A stretch of 60,234 nt of DNA, counting the filler, from an uncultured bacterium (GTDB taxonomy: Bacteria; Latescibacterota; UBA2968), in NCBI GenBank assembly GCA_964471275.1. It is 2 parts of 2 records of this genome, joined end to end, with 100 filler letters (N's around TTAATTAATTAA, not from the genome) between each part and the next. Parts side by side here need not be neighbours in the genome. Positions count along the whole stretch, not along the records: positions 30,869 to 60,234 come from CAYYGZ010000024.1; 1 more part is not named here. One strand, 5' to 3'. A model generated the notes under the pieces. That model made no database searches, was not told the origin of the DNA, and was given only the letters and a program-made list of their open reading frames with translations. Made by a program: the position numbers and the translations under genes. Below are positions 58,052 through 60,234 of this stretch, piece after piece (position 1 is the first letter of the stretch; the number at the start of each line of letters is the position of its first letter).

Positions 58052-58687
58052 ATGCTTTGGAAGAAGAGTAACAACAGTCACCTACTCGACCAGGCTCTCA
58101 AGGAGACCGTGACGATGCTCGAGAAGGCCCAACAGCTCTTCGGGATTGCCTGGGAGACGCTGACCGAGGGAACAGACAGTGCGCAGATGTCGCAACTCGA
58201 TCAGGACATCAATGCGGGTGAAAGACTGGTCAGAAGGCTTGTCATCGAGCATCTAACTATGAATCCTAAGCAGGATCTCCCTACAAGCCTGACGCTGGTC
58301 AGCATCGTCCACGATATCGAGCGGCTGGGAGATTATGCAAAGAGTATTGCGGAACTAACGGGAATGTCGGCGACACGGCTGTCGAGCGATGGACTCGGTC
58401 AGAGATGTCGCGAGATTCAGGCTGAAATACTACCGATGTTCCAGTTGGCGATCGATGGGATCCGTGAGGATGATGAGGGGCGGGCAAAGGATCTGATGCA
58501 ACGGCACCGCGAGACAAAGGCTAGGACCGATCGCGTCGCCCTCGATGCACTCAACACGAAGCAGACGATCCCTGCCGATCTTTTGGCGGTTCTCGTGTCA
58601 CGCTACCTCAGACGAATCAGCGCCCACCTGTCGAACGTCGTCTCGAGCATCGTCAATCCCTTTGACCTGATTGCCCGGAACGGCTGA
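58052..58687 (+). CDS. PhoU domain protein
   Basis: DQDIN..ER..RR, DIERLGDYAK, YLRRISAH. Confidence 0.85.
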   Translation: MLWKKSNNSHLLDQALKETVTMLEKAQQLFGIAWETLTEGTDSAQMSQLDQDINAGERLVRRLVIEHLTMNPKQDLPTSLTLVSIVHDIERLGDYAKSIAELTGMSATRLSSDGLGQRCREIQAEILPMFQLAIDGIREDDEGRAKDLMQRHRETKARTDRVALDALNTKQTIPADLLAVLVSRYLRRISAHLSNVVSSIVNPFDLIARNG

Positions 58688-58705
58688 GCCGCTGTTACCG
58701 TACGC

Positions 58706-58747
58706 AAAAGAGGCGGAGGCGAGGACATGTATCCTCACTTCCGCCTT
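58706..58747. terminator. Hairpin terminator between convergent genes
   Basis: AGGCGGAGGCGAGGA-catgta-TCCTCACTTCCGCCT; U tail on minus strand. Confidence 0.75.
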
Positions 58748-58776
58748 GTTCAAGCCAGTTCTTGTGCTTGGAGTTC

Positions 58777-59247
58777 TTAGCCGATCAAGCTCTCGGAAAG
58801 CCGCCGACCGATCTCGTCCTGCGTAGCCTGTAGTTCGTAGAATCCGGTCGCGATTCGTCCCTTCGCCTTATCAACGCGATCCTCGCGGACGTCCGGGACG
58901 TTCTGAATCTCCTGCCGCGCCTGTCTCACCTGGCCGGCCTCTCCCTGAACACCATCGACCAGTCCCGAATCCAGAACCGCGTCGGCAATGGCCTCGCGAA
59001 CCTCTGGACGATCGTAGAACCCTTCGGCCGCACGCTGACGGACCGCATCGATACGGGTCTGGCGAACATCTGGCGCTGCGTCGACATCCGCAGCCAAGAT
59101 AACCGAAGCATTAAGGCTACGTGCTTTCGTGGAAATCTCGACGACATCCCTAGCTTTAGATGCATGGCGCCGCTTTCTGACCTCTTCACTCCTCTTCTCG
59201 GGAGCTTCGGAGCCGCGCAGCTCGTTTATGGCGTTTTCGATTCTCAT
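58777..59247 (-). CDS. flgM: FlgM-like anti-sigma28 factor with two tandem FlgM C-terminal modules
   Basis: DVVEIS..AR, then PDVRQTRIDAVRQRAAEGFY and PDVREDRVDKAKGRIATGFY; sigma28 promoter; flagellar context. Confidence 0.75.
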   Translation of the reverse strand: MRIENAINELRGSEAPEKRSEEVRKRRHASKARDVVEISTKARSLNASVILAADVDAAPDVRQTRIDAVRQRAAEGFYDRPEVREAIADAVLDSGLVDGVQGEAGQVRQARQEIQNVPDVREDRVDKAKGRIATGFYELQATQDEIGRRLSESLIG

Positions 59248-59292
59248 TCTCTCGAGCCTTTTTCAGCCGGGGAAGTCCGGCCTCTATCAAAT

Positions 59293-59319
59293 ATATCGGC
59301 TGCCACAGAACCTTCTTGA
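59293..59319 (-). promoter_or_regulatory. Sigma28 (FliA) promoter
   Basis: Minus strand TCAA-N15-GCCGATAT. Confidence 0.8.
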
Positions 59320-59471
59320 GGGAATTCTTGCACTTTTTCTACAGAATGTGCGTTTGCAGGCATTTTCCGGCGCTTTACAGCTTCCAAACGACCCTTACTT
59401 AAATCTACAAATAACTATTATACAATAATTTAACGAAAAACCGCTCTACACCAGCAGCCGCATTCTTCGGT

Positions 59472-59939
59472 CTAGCTCGTGACCCGATCGATAAACTTAG
59501 GCTTCTGTGACACTCGATCCGATGCTTTGGGTCCCTGATAGGCCAGTGCGGCCCTTCCCTGGGTCTGCACACCGGACATCTCTTTCCGAAGATCCCCCAT
59601 TCGGGTCTTCAGCAGCGTCTCGTTCTCGCCCTTCGCAGTCTGGATCTCTTCGACCGCGTTCCTGATGCTATCCACCAGCGTATCGACAGCCCTTCGCTCT
59701 GACGGATCGCGATCGAGGCCGAGTGAGTGCCAACTCTGTCGCAGCGGACGCAGATCCGCCTCCAGATCCCTCACTTTGCGCATGAGAGATCGGATCTCAG
59801 TCATATCGGTCGTCAGGCCCCCGACATCCATCACGCGGATATTACCGGCCTGCCTCGTCACCGCATCCTTGAGCGCCAGATACTGGTCCTGCTGACGCGT
59901 CAAGCGCCTGATCAATTCCTGTCCAGTTTCCATTGCCAT
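59472..59939 (-). CDS. FlgN-like flagellar export chaperone
   Basis: Helical 155-aa protein with ENETLL, Y and FID near the C-terminus; TAATG coupling to fliS. Confidence 0.6.
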   Translation of the reverse strand: MAMETGQELIRRLTRQQDQYLALKDAVTRQAGNIRVMDVGGLTTDMTEIRSLMRKVRDLEADLRPLRQSWHSLGLDRDPSERRAVDTLVDSIRNAVEEIQTAKGENETLLKTRMGDLRKEMSGVQTQGRAALAYQGPKASDRVSQKPKFIDRVTS

Positions 59940-60234
59940 TACCCCGTCACGCTGAGCTTAGCTGCCGGGATCGCAGAAGCGGGCACGGTGCCTTCGGTCG
60001 ACTGTACGGCGACTTCCCACGCCTCATAGAGATTCTCGAGCAACCCGACAACCTCCTGAATCGCTTCCTTGTCGACTTCTAGGTTTGCGAGGACCAGCTT
60101 CCGGTAGGCATACAGGTAGATCTGGTTGAGTGACTGGGCGATATCCCCCGTCTGCATGTCAAGCGCCAGGTTGAGCTCCATAATGATGTCCTGCGCCTTG
60201 ATCAGTTGATCGCCTTTATCTCCGTATTCCTTCC
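59939..60234 (-). CDS. fliS: Flagellin chaperone FliS (5' partial)
   Basis: KAQDIIMELNLALDM..GDIAQSLNQIYLY...LENLYEAW. Confidence 0.92.
   Translation of the reverse strand, partial: KEYGDKGDQLIKAQDIIMELNLALDMQTGDIAQSLNQIYLYAYRKLVLANLEVDKEAIQEVVGLLENLYEAWEVAVQSTEGTVPASAIPAAKLSVTG

Overview
Bacterial draft-genome (MAG-like) DNA of roughly 59% GC by eye. The gene style (FlgD-Ig/T9SS-type C-terminal domain, sulfatases, sugar-acid enzymes) suggests an FCB-group candidate lineage such as Latescibacterota; this is inference. It has four N gaps plus one artificial contig linker (N44-TTAATTAATTAA-N44, 30769-30868), so the two halves may not be adjacent in the genome. Left half: an envelope operon (sulfatase-like, VanZ-like, Gly/Asp repeat protein, HEAT protein, O-antigen-ligase/TPR), a converging aroC-acyl-CoA ligase-DUF1232-ligase/TPR-mutY-SDR operon, a long run of catabolic enzymes, and an IS3-damaged zone. 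Right half: an apparent low-oxygen module. It has a FixL-type PAS kinase, a sigma54 activator, and a near-consensus sigma54 promoter ahead of nifJ-DHODH-like-tonB-receiver-extra sigma70-NnrS-like. A second sigma54-like promoter precedes ahbD, followed by an IS-truncated cytochrome c. The module appears to be decaying. It is followed by tandem secreted proteins with a CxxCH-bearing temptin-like domain, a 129-bp mini-IS, sugar-acid enzymes, an ATP-cone 2-phosphoglycerate-kinase-like gene, an mgtE pseudogene, a Na/Pi cotransporter with PhoU, and the end of a flagellar cluster (fliS, flgN-like, two-domain FlgM with a sigma28 promoter). Pseudogenes repeatedly show apparent G:C>T:A lesions and internal deletions. 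No tRNA, rRNA or CRISPR array was seen. All family calls are by motif recognition; no database search was run.
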